Shown in pieces: positions 45,445-54,317 of a stretch of DNA of 58,582 bases (positions are counted from its first letter, which is position 1; the number at the start of each line of letters is the position of its first letter). Origin of the DNA: a virus (taxonomy: Duplodnaviria; Caudoviricetes); the IMG/VR virus record IMGVR_UViG_3300032828_000001, positions 1 through 58,582 of that record. One strand, given 5' to 3'. The translations under genes and the position numbers were made by a program. Under the pieces are notes generated by a model that had not been told where the DNA came from, ran no database searches, and was given only the letters and a program-made list of their open reading frames with translations.

Positions 45445-46449
45445 ATGCGGAAGCAAAAAGAACGTCGGCGCTCACGCGGCTCGTTCATTGTCCACCCGCG
45501 AGCGCTCATTCGAGACGCGGCGCTCTGCCTCACGGAAGAGCAACGCGCCCTCATGTGGAAACTCATCGACGAGTGTACCTGGCAACCCGGATGGCAGCTG
45601 TCGACGCGAACCGGGGAGGAAGTGTGGCTGGATGCGGGCGAAACTTTCTTCGGCCTCAAGTCGTTTGCGCGGCGCCACCGGTGCGAGATCTGGGTGGTCC
45701 GCCGTTTTCGCGACCGCCTACTAAACCTTCACTGGCTGTCACTACGGACGCCCCGCGCGGGCGGCACCGCACAGATCACCCCGGCGCTTACCCCCCCGCT
45801 CACCCCCCAGATTCGGGGCGTCTCGGTTCTAAGATGGGGACGACACAGGGATATTATTTGGCCAAACGGGGAACCCAATCGCGGGGCGCTCACCCCCCCG
45901 CTCACCCCCCCGCTCACCCAATCGCTCACCGTTCTTACAAGTAACAATAAACAAGATCAAACAAGGGGGGGGGGCGCGCACGCGCAAGCGGTCGCGCCCA
46001 CGCGACCGCCGCTCGTGCTCGTCGACCTCCCGCCGCAGCTGTCGTTCCTTCCGCCCCCACCCCCCGTAGCGCCGCCGTCCGAGGCGGTGCGGCAGGTGCT
46101 CGCGGCATGGGGGGCGGTCCACGCCGAAATGCGCGGGGGCGCCGCGTATGTGCCCGGCGCGGCGGACGAAGGGCGCGACCGCGTCGCCGCCGAACGGCTC
46201 GCGCTGCGATTCCTTGGCATCGAAAACCAGCTCGACGATCGCATGCGGCGCGCCCTGGCGAGCACGCACTGGCCGCGCGTTAGCACGCTGTGGGAATTCG
46301 ATCGGTTCGCGGCACAGTTCGCGCCTTCGCCCGAGGAGGTGCGGGAGCAGAAAGTTGAAGCGAGGCGGGCGCGAGAGGAGCAGCGACGGCGCGAGGCGTC
46401 CGAGCAATTGCGCCAAGAGGCGCTGGCAAATCGCGGCAATGAAGGCTGA
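45445..46449 (+). CDS. Replication initiator protein
   Basis: N-terminal wHTH-like (V.L.AGE..F...FA..H), internal iterons, position before Ku. Confidence 0.75.
   Translation: MRKQKERRRSRGSFIVHPRALIRDAALCLTEEQRALMWKLIDECTWQPGWQLSTRTGEEVWLDAGETFFGLKSFARRHRCEIWVVRRFRDRLLNLHWLSLRTPRAGGTAQITPALTPPLTPQIRGVSVLRWGRHRDIIWPNGEPNRGALTPPLTPPLTQSLTVLTSNNKQDQTRGGGAHAQAVAPTRPPLVLVDLPPQLSFLPPPPPVAPPSEAVRQVLAAWGAVHAEMRGGAAYVPGAADEGRDRVAAERLALRFLGIENQLDDRMRRALASTHWPRVSTLWEFDRFAAQFAPSPEEVREQKVEARRAREEQRRREASEQLRQEALANRGNEG
45775..45965. repeat. Iterons (GCTCACCCCCCC, 12-bp period) plus A-rich tract: candidate origin
   Basis: About 7 copies encoding LTPP repeats, followed by ACAAGTAACAATAAACAAGATCAAACAA. Confidence 0.75.
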
Positions 46450-46556
46450 GACGGGCCAATCCGGCACCGGGCGCCTATCCGCCTGGCACCTCACCCGCGC
46501 CCCGCTATCTACCCCCGGACATGCACTACACAAGCGGGGCCCCTATCGTAGGGGGC

Positions 46557-47369
46557 ATGGCCAAGGCGATGGGGTCGGCGACGATATGGCTCGGCCGGGT
46601 CGCGATCCCGGTCCGGGTCTATCCGGCGATCCTCGACCCCCCGCGGGTCGCGTTTCATTACCTGCACTGGGCGTGCAATGGGCGCGTTCGGCAAGAGTAC
46701 CATTGCCCGCGCTGCGAGGAGAGGACGGCGCCGGCCGCGCTCCCACGCGATGCCCTGCACGCGGGCGTCGAGGTCGGCAAAGACCAATACGTCACGTTCA
46801 GTAAAGAGGAGCGGCAAGCGCTCACCGAGGAGCCGGATCCGGCGATCGAGATAGGCGAGTGCGTGCCGGCCGAGTCGATCGATCCCATCCATTGGGCGCG
46901 CCCGCACTACCTCGGGCCGGAACCGGGGCACGGGGACGGCTATGCACTGTTAGTCGACGCGCTCCATTTGTCCGGCCGCGTCGGCCTCGCGCACTGGCGC
47001 ACCCGCGGCGCGGATCTGTTCGTCGCGGTGCGCGAATCCGGGCGCCGGCTCGTCGTGCAGGAGCTCTTGCGCGCGGAAGAGGTGCGGCCCATTGCCGAGA
47101 TAGAGGCACCGCCCGCGCCTGCGGCCGGGCTCGCGAAACTCGGCCTCGCCCTCGTCACCCGGTACGCGGGCACGTTCGATCCGGCCGCATATCCCGACCG
47201 TGTATATGCACGCACCGTCGAAGCGGTCGAGGCGAAGAGGGCGGGGAAAGAGATCATCGCCGTTCCGGCGCCGGGGCGCGAGGCGCCGCTCCCGCTCGCG
47301 GCGGCGCTCAAAGCAAGCATCGAGGCGGGGAAGCCGCGGGGGGCGAAGACCAAGCGGGGGCGCACGTGA
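46557..47369 (+). CDS. ku: Ku DNA end-binding protein (no LigD in genome)
   Basis: I.LGRVAIPVRVYPA, FHYLH..C.GRV, G.EVGKDQYV, IDPIHW..PHYLGP, YALL..AL, FDP..YPD. Confidence 0.92.
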   Translation: MAKAMGSATIWLGRVAIPVRVYPAILDPPRVAFHYLHWACNGRVRQEYHCPRCEERTAPAALPRDALHAGVEVGKDQYVTFSKEERQALTEEPDPAIEIGECVPAESIDPIHWARPHYLGPEPGHGDGYALLVDALHLSGRVGLAHWRTRGADLFVAVRESGRRLVVQELLRAEEVRPIAEIEAPPAPAAGLAKLGLALVTRYAGTFDPAAYPDRVYARTVEAVEAKRAGKEIIAVPAPGREAPLPLAAALKASIEAGKPRGAKTKRGRT

Positions 47370-47599
47370 CCGCGACCCGGATCGAGCTGTCGCTCCCCGC
47401 CGCCCACGCGCTCGTCGCGGCCAAGGTGGTCGAGCAGGGTGCCCGCTCGCTCGCCCGGTTCGCGGACCTCCTCGACCGGCAGGGTTGCGAGTCGGGCGAC
47501 ATCCGGGCCCAGCATGGGGCGCTACTCGCGGTCGCCCGCCGCTTGCGCGCGGCGGCCGATGCGGATCCGGACCCGGCCACCGCCGCGGGGCGCGACTAA
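47366..47599 (+). CDS. Hypothetical protein
   Basis: GTGA overlap with ku. Confidence 0.55.
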   Translation: MTATRIELSLPAAHALVAAKVVEQGARSLARFADLLDRQGCESGDIRAQHGALLAVARRLRAAADADPDPATAAGRD

Positions 47600-47795
47600 C
47601 GCCGGCCGCACTTCGCCGTCCGCGGCCGATCCCCACCGTGCCCGGTGCCCGGCATCCCCCGGCGACCGATCGCGCGTCACGGGCGAAATTTGGCGGCATA
47701 AAGCGAGCAGCCCCTTGCGCCCCCCCCCGCGCGGCGCAATATCCTACGCGGGTAGTGTGGCCATACGTTGCCATACCGTACCCGGAGAGGATGCA

Positions 47796-48155
47796 ATGTC
47801 GACGATCGAAAAATTGACAACCGAGTTCGTGACCGGCCTCCACCGGCTGGGACGTGAAACGCTTGAGGCGAACCTGAAACGGGCGATGATGGCGGCCACC
47901 ATGCCGCCCACCGCGACCGAGGAAACGGCGGCCACCACCACGGTGTCGCGCTCGCGACGTCACCGCCGCGGGCGCGGTCCGGGACGGATCTGGATCCCCG
48001 ATAACCGGGCGCGGCGCGTGCCGACATGGGTAATGGCGGCGACCGGGCTCGGAACGAAAACGGCGATCGTGAACCGGTACGGCGTCGATGCACGGTTCGT
48101 GCGTGGGCAGGGGCTCCCGCCCGTAGTCGGCAAGGCCGCGAAGGCGGTGGCCTAA
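47796..48155 (+). CDS. Basic putative nucleoid-associated protein
   Basis: GGAGAGGA RBS; helical N-terminus, RRGRGPGR linker, compact C-domain (WIPDNRARRVP). Confidence 0.65.
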   Translation: MSTIEKLTTEFVTGLHRLGRETLEANLKRAMMAATMPPTATEETAATTTVSRSRRHRRGRGPGRIWIPDNRARRVPTWVMAATGLGTKTAIVNRYGVDARFVRGQGLPPVVGKAAKAVA

Positions 48156-48322
48156 TGGCGCCCGCCAAGAAGGCGAAGAAGCGCACGGCCAAAAGCGCGC
48201 CGCGCACCGCAACGCGGAAGGTCGCGAAGAAGCGGGGACGCAAGGCGGCCACCACGACAACGCCCGGAACCGCGGCGGCGAAGGGACGAAACGGAAAGGC
48301 GAGCCCGCGCGCGGAGGCGTGA
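48155..48322 (+). CDS. Histone H1-like Lys/Ala/Arg-rich peptide (55 aa)
   Basis: MAPAKKAKKRTAKSAPR...; TAATG coupling. Confidence 0.6.
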   Translation: MAPAKKAKKRTAKSAPRTATRKVAKKRGRKAATTTTPGTAAAKGRNGKASPRAEA

Positions 48323-48329
48323 TCGGGCG

Positions 48330-48977
48330 CTACAGCTCGAGCGTCGGGGCGGCGGCAATTAACCAACCGTCAACGGGGCCGGCGAACCGGTAGGAGGCAA
48401 TCACCGCCGGGCGAAGGCGAATGGAACCCCATTGCAGCGCCGGGCCGGCTACCAAAACCGCCGCCGCCGAGCCGATGGAGATGGTCTCGAACGAGATCCC
48501 GCCGCCGACCGCGATGAGGCGGCGCCAATCGAGCGCGTAGAGACCCGAGAAGGCGACGAGCCCTACCCCCTGCCCGCGCGCGAGATCGTACCCGTAGCCG
48601 CCCATGGACAGGTTCAGATGCAGCGACAGATCCGGGGTGAGCCGCACGCAGAGCGGCGATTCTCCGGTGACTACCGGTGCGGGTTCGGGTGCGGGTTCGA
48701 CAACGGGCACGGCGGGCGGCGGGGTAGCCGGCGCGTCCGCCCTCACCGCACCCGCGGCAAGGGCGAGCGCCAGCGCTACGGCAAGCGCGCCCGCACGCGC
48801 GATCGTGCGGTGCGCCTGCGATGGCAACGTCGGCCTCCTTTCGCATAGCTCACACTCGGGGTCGCCACACGGATCCTCCGCCCATCGGTCGCAGCGCGGG
48901 CAAAAGTAAGCGTCGTGGCGCCAATGGTAGAAGAGCGGCGTTCGGCAGTGGGTGCACAGCCAGGTGCGTCGGGCCAT
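48330..48977 (-). CDS. Zn-finger N-terminus fused to signal peptide and beta-strand-rich (outer membrane-like) domain
   Basis: CTHC...CPRC...C.D.ECELC; ALAVALALALAAGAVRA; amphipathic strands. Confidence 0.55.
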   Translation of the reverse strand: MARRTWLCTHCRTPLFYHWRHDAYFCPRCDRWAEDPCGDPECELCERRPTLPSQAHRTIARAGALAVALALALAAGAVRADAPATPPPAVPVVEPAPEPAPVVTGESPLCVRLTPDLSLHLNLSMGGYGYDLARGQGVGLVAFSGLYALDWRRLIAVGGGISFETISIGSAAAVLVAGPALQWGSIRLRPAVIASYRFAGPVDGWLIAAAPTLEL

Positions 48978-49160
48978 AATGGGCGCGTGCCTCACGGTGA
49001 TACCCGATCAAGTCACCCGCCCGGGGGCGCTGTCATGGGCCGGTGTAAGCGCGCCGGCCGCACGCCCGGCGGCGGTCGGGACGGCAAGCCACGCCGTAAC
49101 TACTTGTCACGCCCCAAAAAGACAAACGCACTGCCAGGCACGTGCGCGTAGGGTGAACGA

Positions 49161-49379
49161 ATGGCACTTGCAAAGACATTCGCATCGAACGTGCGGCGGC
49201 TACGCGAAAAGAAGAACCTCACCCAGCGCGACATCGCCGAGCGCGCGCGGATCTCGGTTTCCTACGTCTCGATGCTCGAGCGCGGGCAGCGCACCCCGCC
49301 CCTCGAGATGGTCGAGACCATGGCCAAAGCGATGGGAACGACTCCGATGGCGCTCCTCGGGAAGGGCACGCCGGGCTAA
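49161..49379 (+). CDS. XRE-family HTH repressor
   Basis: NVRRLREKKNLTQRDIAER..IS.SYVS.LERG.R.P; TAGGGT 6 nt before ATG (leaderless). Confidence 0.92.
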   Translation: MALAKTFASNVRRLREKKNLTQRDIAERARISVSYVSMLERGQRTPPLEMVETMAKAMGTTPMALLGKGTPG

Positions 49380-49586
49380 GTGAGCCGTGAAGCTCACGGT
49401 GGTGGGGGCCGCGCACTCGCCCGCTTCCAAGCGATCGGCGGCGGTGCGCAGGGCGAGCGCGGTCGCACGCGTCAGCGCCTCGCCGCGCGACTTTCCGTAG
49501 ACCATCACCCCCGGTAACTCGGGCACCGCGGCGAGCCACCGTTCGTCGGGCTTCTCTTCCTCGGCGAGCTCGATGGTGAGTTCCAC
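49200..49586 (-). CDS. hicB: HicB-like antitoxin domain (orphan), reading on antisense into XRE gene
   Basis: IEL..E..DERWLAAVPELPGVMVYG.SR.EA. Confidence 0.75.
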   Translation of the reverse strand: MELTIELAEEEKPDERWLAAVPELPGVMVYGKSRGEALTRATALALRTAADRLEAGECAAPTTVSFTAHLARRALPEERHRSRSHRFGHGLDHLEGRGALPALEHRDVGNRDPRALGDVALGEVLLFA

Positions 49587-49595
49587 GCTGGCCCC

Positions 49596-49802
49596 CTAGT
49601 CCGTATCGCCCGGATCCTTGTCGTATTTCACGGCGCGTGCTTCCGCCTGCTCGCCGCGCAGCGCCTTCGCCGCCGCCCGCTCGTACCACTCGGCGGCGGC
49701 GATCCACAGGTGGTGAGCGATCCCGTGGGGCGAGCGCGCGGCCCTTTGCCGGCATCTTTCCGCCGATGCCCGCAGCGCCTTCTCTTGCGGGTGCTCAACC
49801 AT
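49596..49802 (-). CDS. Hypothetical protein
   Basis: Coupled ORF. Confidence 0.5.
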   Translation of the reverse strand: MVEHPQEKALRASAERCRQRAARSPHGIAHHLWIAAAEWYERAAAKALRGEQAEARAVKYDKDPGDTD

Positions 49803-50082
49803 TGCGCCCCGCTTGCGCCCGTTCGGGGCCGCTCTCGAGGGCATCGAGCCGCTTCTCGATCCGCTCAATCCGCTCGCCGTGCTCGGCGTAGCGGCCGGCG
49901 AGGAGCGACGAGAGCCTTTTCGAGTCGGCGATCCCGTTGAGCGTCTCCACGTGCCGGCGTTCCTGCGCCGCCGAGCGCTCGCCGTTCCAGCGCTGCTCTT
50001 TCGCCTCGTGCAGTCGGATGGCGAACCAGACGGCGAAGCCCGTCGCGAACACCCCCAACCAAAAGTCAACGCGGCCGATCAC
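49795..50082 (-). CDS. Single-TM coiled-coil protein (possible lysis accessory)
   Basis: FWLGVFATGFAVWFAI then RIERIEKRLD; GTGA overlap. Confidence 0.55.
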   Translation of the reverse strand: MIGRVDFWLGVFATGFAVWFAIRLHEAKEQRWNGERSAAQERRHVETLNGIADSKRLSSLLAGRYAEHGERIERIEKRLDALESGPERAQAGRNG

Positions 50083-50558
50083 GGCCACCACCGGTGCGGC
50101 GCCGGCTTCGGCTGCTCCGGTTTCGGCTCCGGGGCCGGCGTGGCGCCGTTCCCGCTCGGCTGCACGATGACGGTCGTCGTCGTCGGCCGATCGCGCACCG
50201 CGCGAATAACCACCCGGGTGCGGTCGAGCATGACCGCGTTCAATTTTTCCTGCTGCGTAATATGCACGGTGAGTGCATTCGTCTGAGCGCGTAGCGCGGC
50301 CGTCTCCTCCCGCACCGCGTCGCGCACCGCGTCGGCCTGCTCTTGGCGGAGCTCCCGATCGCGCTCGAGCACATGATCGAGCCGCGCCGGAAGGGCCGCC
50401 AAAAGGTACCAGGCCACGGCGATGGGGAATCCGAGATCGCGCACCACGCGGACCCCCCATCCGAGCCGGTCGGCGCGGCGGCGGCCGAGGATGCCGGGTA
50501 GGAACGCGCGCCAGAATCCCGGCCGCCATGCGCGCGTCTCAGCGTCGGCCGGCGCCAT
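50079..50558 (-). CDS. TM plus coiled-coil protein (YvrJ/holin- or i-spanin-like)
   Basis: DLGFPIAVAWYLL then heptads. Confidence 0.5.
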   Translation of the reverse strand: MAPADAETRAWRPGFWRAFLPGILGRRRADRLGWGVRVVRDLGFPIAVAWYLLAALPARLDHVLERDRELRQEQADAVRDAVREETAALRAQTNALTVHITQQEKLNAVMLDRTRVVIRAVRDRPTTTTVIVQPSGNGATPAPEPKPEQPKPAPHRWWP

Positions 50559-50976
50559 ATGGGCAGCGCCCGCCCTCGTGCGCCGGGCGCCCGCAGATCA
50601 CGCAGTGCCGCGCCCCGATCCGGGTGCCCTGCCCGTCGCCGAATGCATGCGCGACCGGCCGAACGTCTTGATAGGCGAGCGGCCCGGATGACGGCGCGCG
50701 CTGTTCCGACGGCACCGCGAGCTCGCGGATCGCGCTCGCCTCGGTCTCCGGGCCGCGTTCCGCCCACGTTTGGGCGGACCACACGGTCCGCACCGGCACC
50801 TCCGCCGCCCGAGCCGAGAGCACGATCGCCTCGTCGGACCGCACGTGGCGACTACACGGTTGGCAAAATGCGAACGCGACCGCGCCGAACGCGGCCGGCG
50901 CCACCATCTCGGGGAGCGCCGCCCCGCACCGCGGGCATACGAGCGTCGTCACATCGCGTGTCTGGGTTTCATCCAT
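50539..50976 (-). CDS. Zinc-ribbon protein
   Basis: CPRC, CQPC, CVIC..H...C. Confidence 0.5.
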   Translation of the reverse strand: MDETQTRDVTTLVCPRCGAALPEMVAPAAFGAVAFAFCQPCSRHVRSDEAIVLSARAAEVPVRTVWSAQTWAERGPETEASAIRELAVPSEQRAPSSGPLAYQDVRPVAHAFGDGQGTRIGARHCVICGRPAHEGGRCPYGAGRR

Positions 50977-51557
50977 AGGGCACCTCCGTCCGATCCACCG
51001 ATCGGAATGGGGAACTGTAACAAAATCGTGGTCGCCGGGTCGCCCTGCGCCCGGCATGGCACGGTGATGGTCGTCGCGCCGGGCACCTCGGAGGCGCACA
51101 CGCTGTCACATTCTAGGTTCGTGCCGGGCAGGGCGAGCCAGTGCGTATCGGAGACGCACTCGGTGCCGTTCCCCGCACTCACCGTCACCTGCGCGCCGCT
51201 TGCGGTGGTGACCGTTGCGGTGCCGCTCGCGCCCTGCAAGGTCTTGCAGGCGGCGACCGCGCCGGCAAGCCCGATCGCGATGGCGAGCAGCATGCGCAGT
51301 AACCGGCGGTCGACGAACCCGTGTGGCGGCGGCGTCGCCGTGGTGGTGACCGCCGGGTGCTCGGCGCGTGCGGCCTTGGCCGGTTGCGATCCCGACGTCC
51401 CGCCCGAGACGATTCCGAGCGAGCTTACGATTGCGAAGATGGTCGCGGCGACGGTTCTCACGGCCCCGTCGGGCATGTGCGCGGCGAGTAAACCCGCGCA
51501 GAGTGAAACGGCGGTGAGCGCCTGCTTGACCGCGTCGCTTGTGAAGAGCGCGCCCAT
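50949..51557 (-). CDS. Two-TM holin-like region joined to lipobox-containing domain
   Basis: Two hydrophobic helices; RRLLRMLLAIAIGLAGAVAA-C internal lipoprotein signal. Confidence 0.55.
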   Translation of the reverse strand: MGALFTSDAVKQALTAVSLCAGLLAAHMPDGAVRTVAATIFAIVSSLGIVSGGTSGSQPAKAARAEHPAVTTTATPPPHGFVDRRLLRMLLAIAIGLAGAVAACKTLQGASGTATVTTASGAQVTVSAGNGTECVSDTHWLALPGTNLECDSVCASEVPGATTITVPCRAQGDPATTILLQFPIPIGGSDGGALWMKPRHAM

Positions 51558-51564
51558 GGGGTGG

Positions 51565-52044
51565 TTATGTTCCCGGCGTTGGCGTCGCGGCCGGTTCGGC
51601 GACCGGCGTTCCGGGGACGATCGAAAGGGTCGTTGCCGCGTCCGCCACCACGCTCACGCTCAGCACGCCCGTCACCGAGGCGCCGCCGAGGCTAGCACTC
51701 ACCGTCACCTGCGCGGTGCCGAGCGCGCCCACCGCCGCGACCACCGCGGAAAGCCCGGTCGGATCGGCCGCCACCGAGAGGATGGTCGGATCCGACACCG
51801 ACCATGCCGGCGCCGACGGAAAGCTCGTCGTCGGGTTGCCGCGCGCATCGACGGCCTGAACGGTTACCGGTACTTGCTGTGCGTCCGTGATCGTCACGCT
51901 TGCCATGATCTTCTCCCATTGTGCATTTGCGGTGATGCTGGAACCACTACCCGGGGTGTACGCGTAAAACACGATGCCGGACGGCATCGCTTGCTGCCTG
52001 AGCCAAGTCCATAGGTACTGAAAGTCATCGAGGAATGTGCTCAC
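51565..52044 (-). CDS. Stand-alone Ig-like (Big_2-type) protein
   Basis: VDARGNP, WSVSDPTILSV, GTAQVTVSA; alternative start 51906. Confidence 0.7.
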   Translation of the reverse strand: MSTFLDDFQYLWTWLRQQAMPSGIVFYAYTPGSGSSITANAQWEKIMASVTITDAQQVPVTVQAVDARGNPTTSFPSAPAWSVSDPTILSVAADPTGLSAVVAAVGALGTAQVTVSASLGGASVTGVLSVSVVADAATTLSIVPGTPVAEPAATPTPGT

Positions 52045-52190
52045 GGTGCGGCCTCGCCTGTATCCGGCCGAGCGCGACCGGGCCGAGGCCGCGACATCAT
52101 GGCGCTTGCATTTGCGCGCGCTTCGGGGGTGCGGTTGGCGGGCGACATCACGCCTACCTATCGCGACCCGGACGCGCTACGCTCGCCCCC

Positions 52191-52532
52191 GTGCCGGTCG
52201 TCTGCCCCCGCTGCGCGCGCGCGCTCGTCATCGGGTCGCTCCGATGCGCCCGATGCGGTGCCGACGCGCGGGGGGCGCGCCCCCACCCCGCCCCCCGCCT
52301 ATCGCTCGCCGATGCGATCGGGCACGAGTCCCTCGAGGCCCACGCCCTGCGCGTCATGGGGTGGCGGTGGCTGCGGCGGCAGAAGCTCGTCGACGCGCTG
52401 CGCGGCTTCGCGCCCGCCTACCTCGCGTGGGCCCGGCTGCCCGCCCGGACCCGCGGCCCGGCGCCGCGCCTCCCCGGGTGCGCGGGCGCGCTCGCGCGTG
52501 CGCTCCTCACCGAGTACCGGGTCCTGCTGTAA
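52191..52532 (+). CDS. Zinc-ribbon hypothetical protein
   Basis: CPRC...CARC N-terminus. Confidence 0.5.
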   Translation: MPVVCPRCARALVIGSLRCARCGADARGARPHPAPRLSLADAIGHESLEAHALRVMGWRWLRRQKLVDALRGFAPAYLAWARLPARTRGPAPRLPGCAGALARALLTEYRVLL

Positions 52533-52920
52533 GCCGGACCGCCTCTCGGGGCGGCCCCACCTGTTGTTCACGGTGCGTGCTTGTTCACGTAGGTCATGGC
52601 ATCGGGCAGGTCGCGAACGAGGCGCAGGAGCAGATCCATGGCCGCGGTCTGCACGTTCCGCCCCGACGCAAGGGCCGCCTTCGTGTCAATCCCACGTCGC
52701 CACGACACGCGCGCGCGAGGCGCCGGGCCACGCCGCTCACCCATGGGGCCGCGCCGCCCCGCCCCGGCGCGCCGGAAATCGTAGTGATCGCGCGCCCGCG
52801 GGGGTGGCCGGGATGATGCACTACCGTCTCCCCGGGTGCGGGGCTAGGCCGGCCGGCCGAAACCCGCGCATCTCAGGCACGGATGCCCCGCGCCTACAGC
52901 CCACTGAGAGGGCCACCATC

Positions 52921-53226
52921 ATGACTACGACAACTCGGATCGCAGCGGTTTTTGCAGCACTCGCACTGACGGCGTGTGGCGGAAGCAACCCGGCGACGAA
53001 CGAGGCGACCGCCAACGGATGGACGCACACCACGGTCATCTATCCGAAGGGGAATCCGCCTAGCGCCATCTGCAACTACTACAACAAGGCGGGCGCGTGG
53101 GTGGCATGGTGTTTCCAGTTTGCCGACGGTAGCGGCACGTGCCAGCCCTACGGCAATGATTGCTATCAGTCAAACCTGCCCTGCACGAACGACTCGCCGA
53201 TGCCGGCGGGATGCACGGCTCAGTAG
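52921..53226 (+). CDS. Cys-rich lipoprotein moron
   Basis: MTTTTRIAAVFAALALTA-C lipobox; six further Cys; convergent with tail fibre; lower GC. Confidence 0.8.
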   Translation: MTTTTRIAAVFAALALTACGGSNPATNEATANGWTHTTVIYPKGNPPSAICNYYNKAGAWVAWCFQFADGSGTCQPYGNDCYQSNLPCTNDSPMPAGCTAQ

Positions 53227-53231
53227 GTTCC

Positions 53232-54287
53232 TCAGTAAATGATCGCGACGTTGAACGCCAGTCCAGTGGAGTAGAACTGGTCTGTACCCAGGTGGAGGTC
53301 GTTCGGGTCCTCTCCGAGTCTGCCTTGGTTCACTGCAAAAGTCGCCCCCGTACCAGACGCAACAGTGGCCAACACGATGAAATTGGCCGGTGGGGTGGTA
53401 GATAGCTTCACGCAGATCGTAAGGTTGTCGCCGCTGCCCCATGCGCTCGCTATCCCGAAGCCCTGCACGCTTACGTAATACATCCCTGGGTTGTTCGTGG
53501 GGTTTTGTGCTCCGACGGTCAAGAGGCCCCACGCTCGGATCCTACCGCTCGCATCGACATAGTTCTTCGTCGCGGCATCCTGCGCGCTCGTCGGGTCGGT
53601 GAGGTTATGGATCGCGTTCGCCCCGATCGCGGACAGACTCCCATCCGCGTTCCAGACCCACCTCTCAAGACCGTTTTGCCATAGCGACACAAGGCTCGCG
53701 TCCCATGTGCCGAGCAGTAACGCGCCGCCGCGCTTGACAAGGTTGCCGTTCTGGTCGACGTCCAACTGCCACGCCACGCCGGAGCTTACGCCCGTGAATT
53801 TTTGGTCCGCTGTGAACACGTTGGTTGCACTGAATGTGTTCTGTCCGCTGAACGCGTTGTTCCGCGCCGGCAGGCCGTCGACATAGTTCTTCGACGCGGG
53901 ATCCGTCCCGTGGACGGGCGGGTCGATGACCGTTGCACCGCCCGTGAACGTCTGGTCTTCTGTCCACGTGTTGGCGCTCCCGAGCAGCTGGGACCCGCCG
54001 TTCACATCCACGTAGTTCTTGCTTGCCGCATCCGTCCCGTTGACGGGCGGGTCAACCACCGTCGCACCGCCCGAGAACGTTTGCCGCGCGGTCCAGGTGA
54101 GCACCTCCGCCGTCAACCCCGCCACATACCCGCACCAGCGGTACACAAGATTCATCCACCAGTTGAAGTAGTTGTGCGGCGGCTGTTCTACGACCCAACC
54201 CGCGCCCTTCTTGGTCTCGTTCGGCTCGACCACGTCGCCCGTCGCGGCCTGGTCCGCCCAGCGTGGTAGCTCCGTCGGTTGCGGCAT
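53232..54287 (-). CDS. Baseplate-anchored tail fibre
   Basis: P.WA...EP...GW..EQPP..YFNW anchor; three D(A/P)A(S/T)KNYVD repeats; ~90-bp imperfect DNA repeats 129 bp apart. Confidence 0.85.
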   Translation of the reverse strand: MPQPTELPRWADQAATGDVVEPNETKKGAGWVVEQPPHNYFNWWMNLVYRWCGYVAGLTAEVLTWTARQTFSGGATVVDPPVNGTDAASKNYVDVNGGSQLLGSANTWTEDQTFTGGATVIDPPVHGTDPASKNYVDGLPARNNAFSGQNTFSATNVFTADQKFTGVSSGVAWQLDVDQNGNLVKRGGALLLGTWDASLVSLWQNGLERWVWNADGSLSAIGANAIHNLTDPTSAQDAATKNYVDASGRIRAWGLLTVGAQNPTNNPGMYYVSVQGFGIASAWGSGDNLTICVKLSTTPPANFIVLATVASGTGATFAVNQGRLGEDPNDLHLGTDQFYSTGLAFNVAIIY

Positions 54288-54317
54288 GGTGCGGCTCCTA
54301 TCCCAAGGGGTGCCGGT

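Noticed and set aside
45775-45930. CRISPR array or mini-array
   Set aside because: Repeats are 12-bp tandem units within a CDS with no unique spacers; none found elsewhere.
48975-48986. CATAATGGGCGC identical to the dcm upstream sequence (22105-22116, minus)
   Set aside because: Only two copies and the downstream plus-strand ORF is unconvincing; may be chance.
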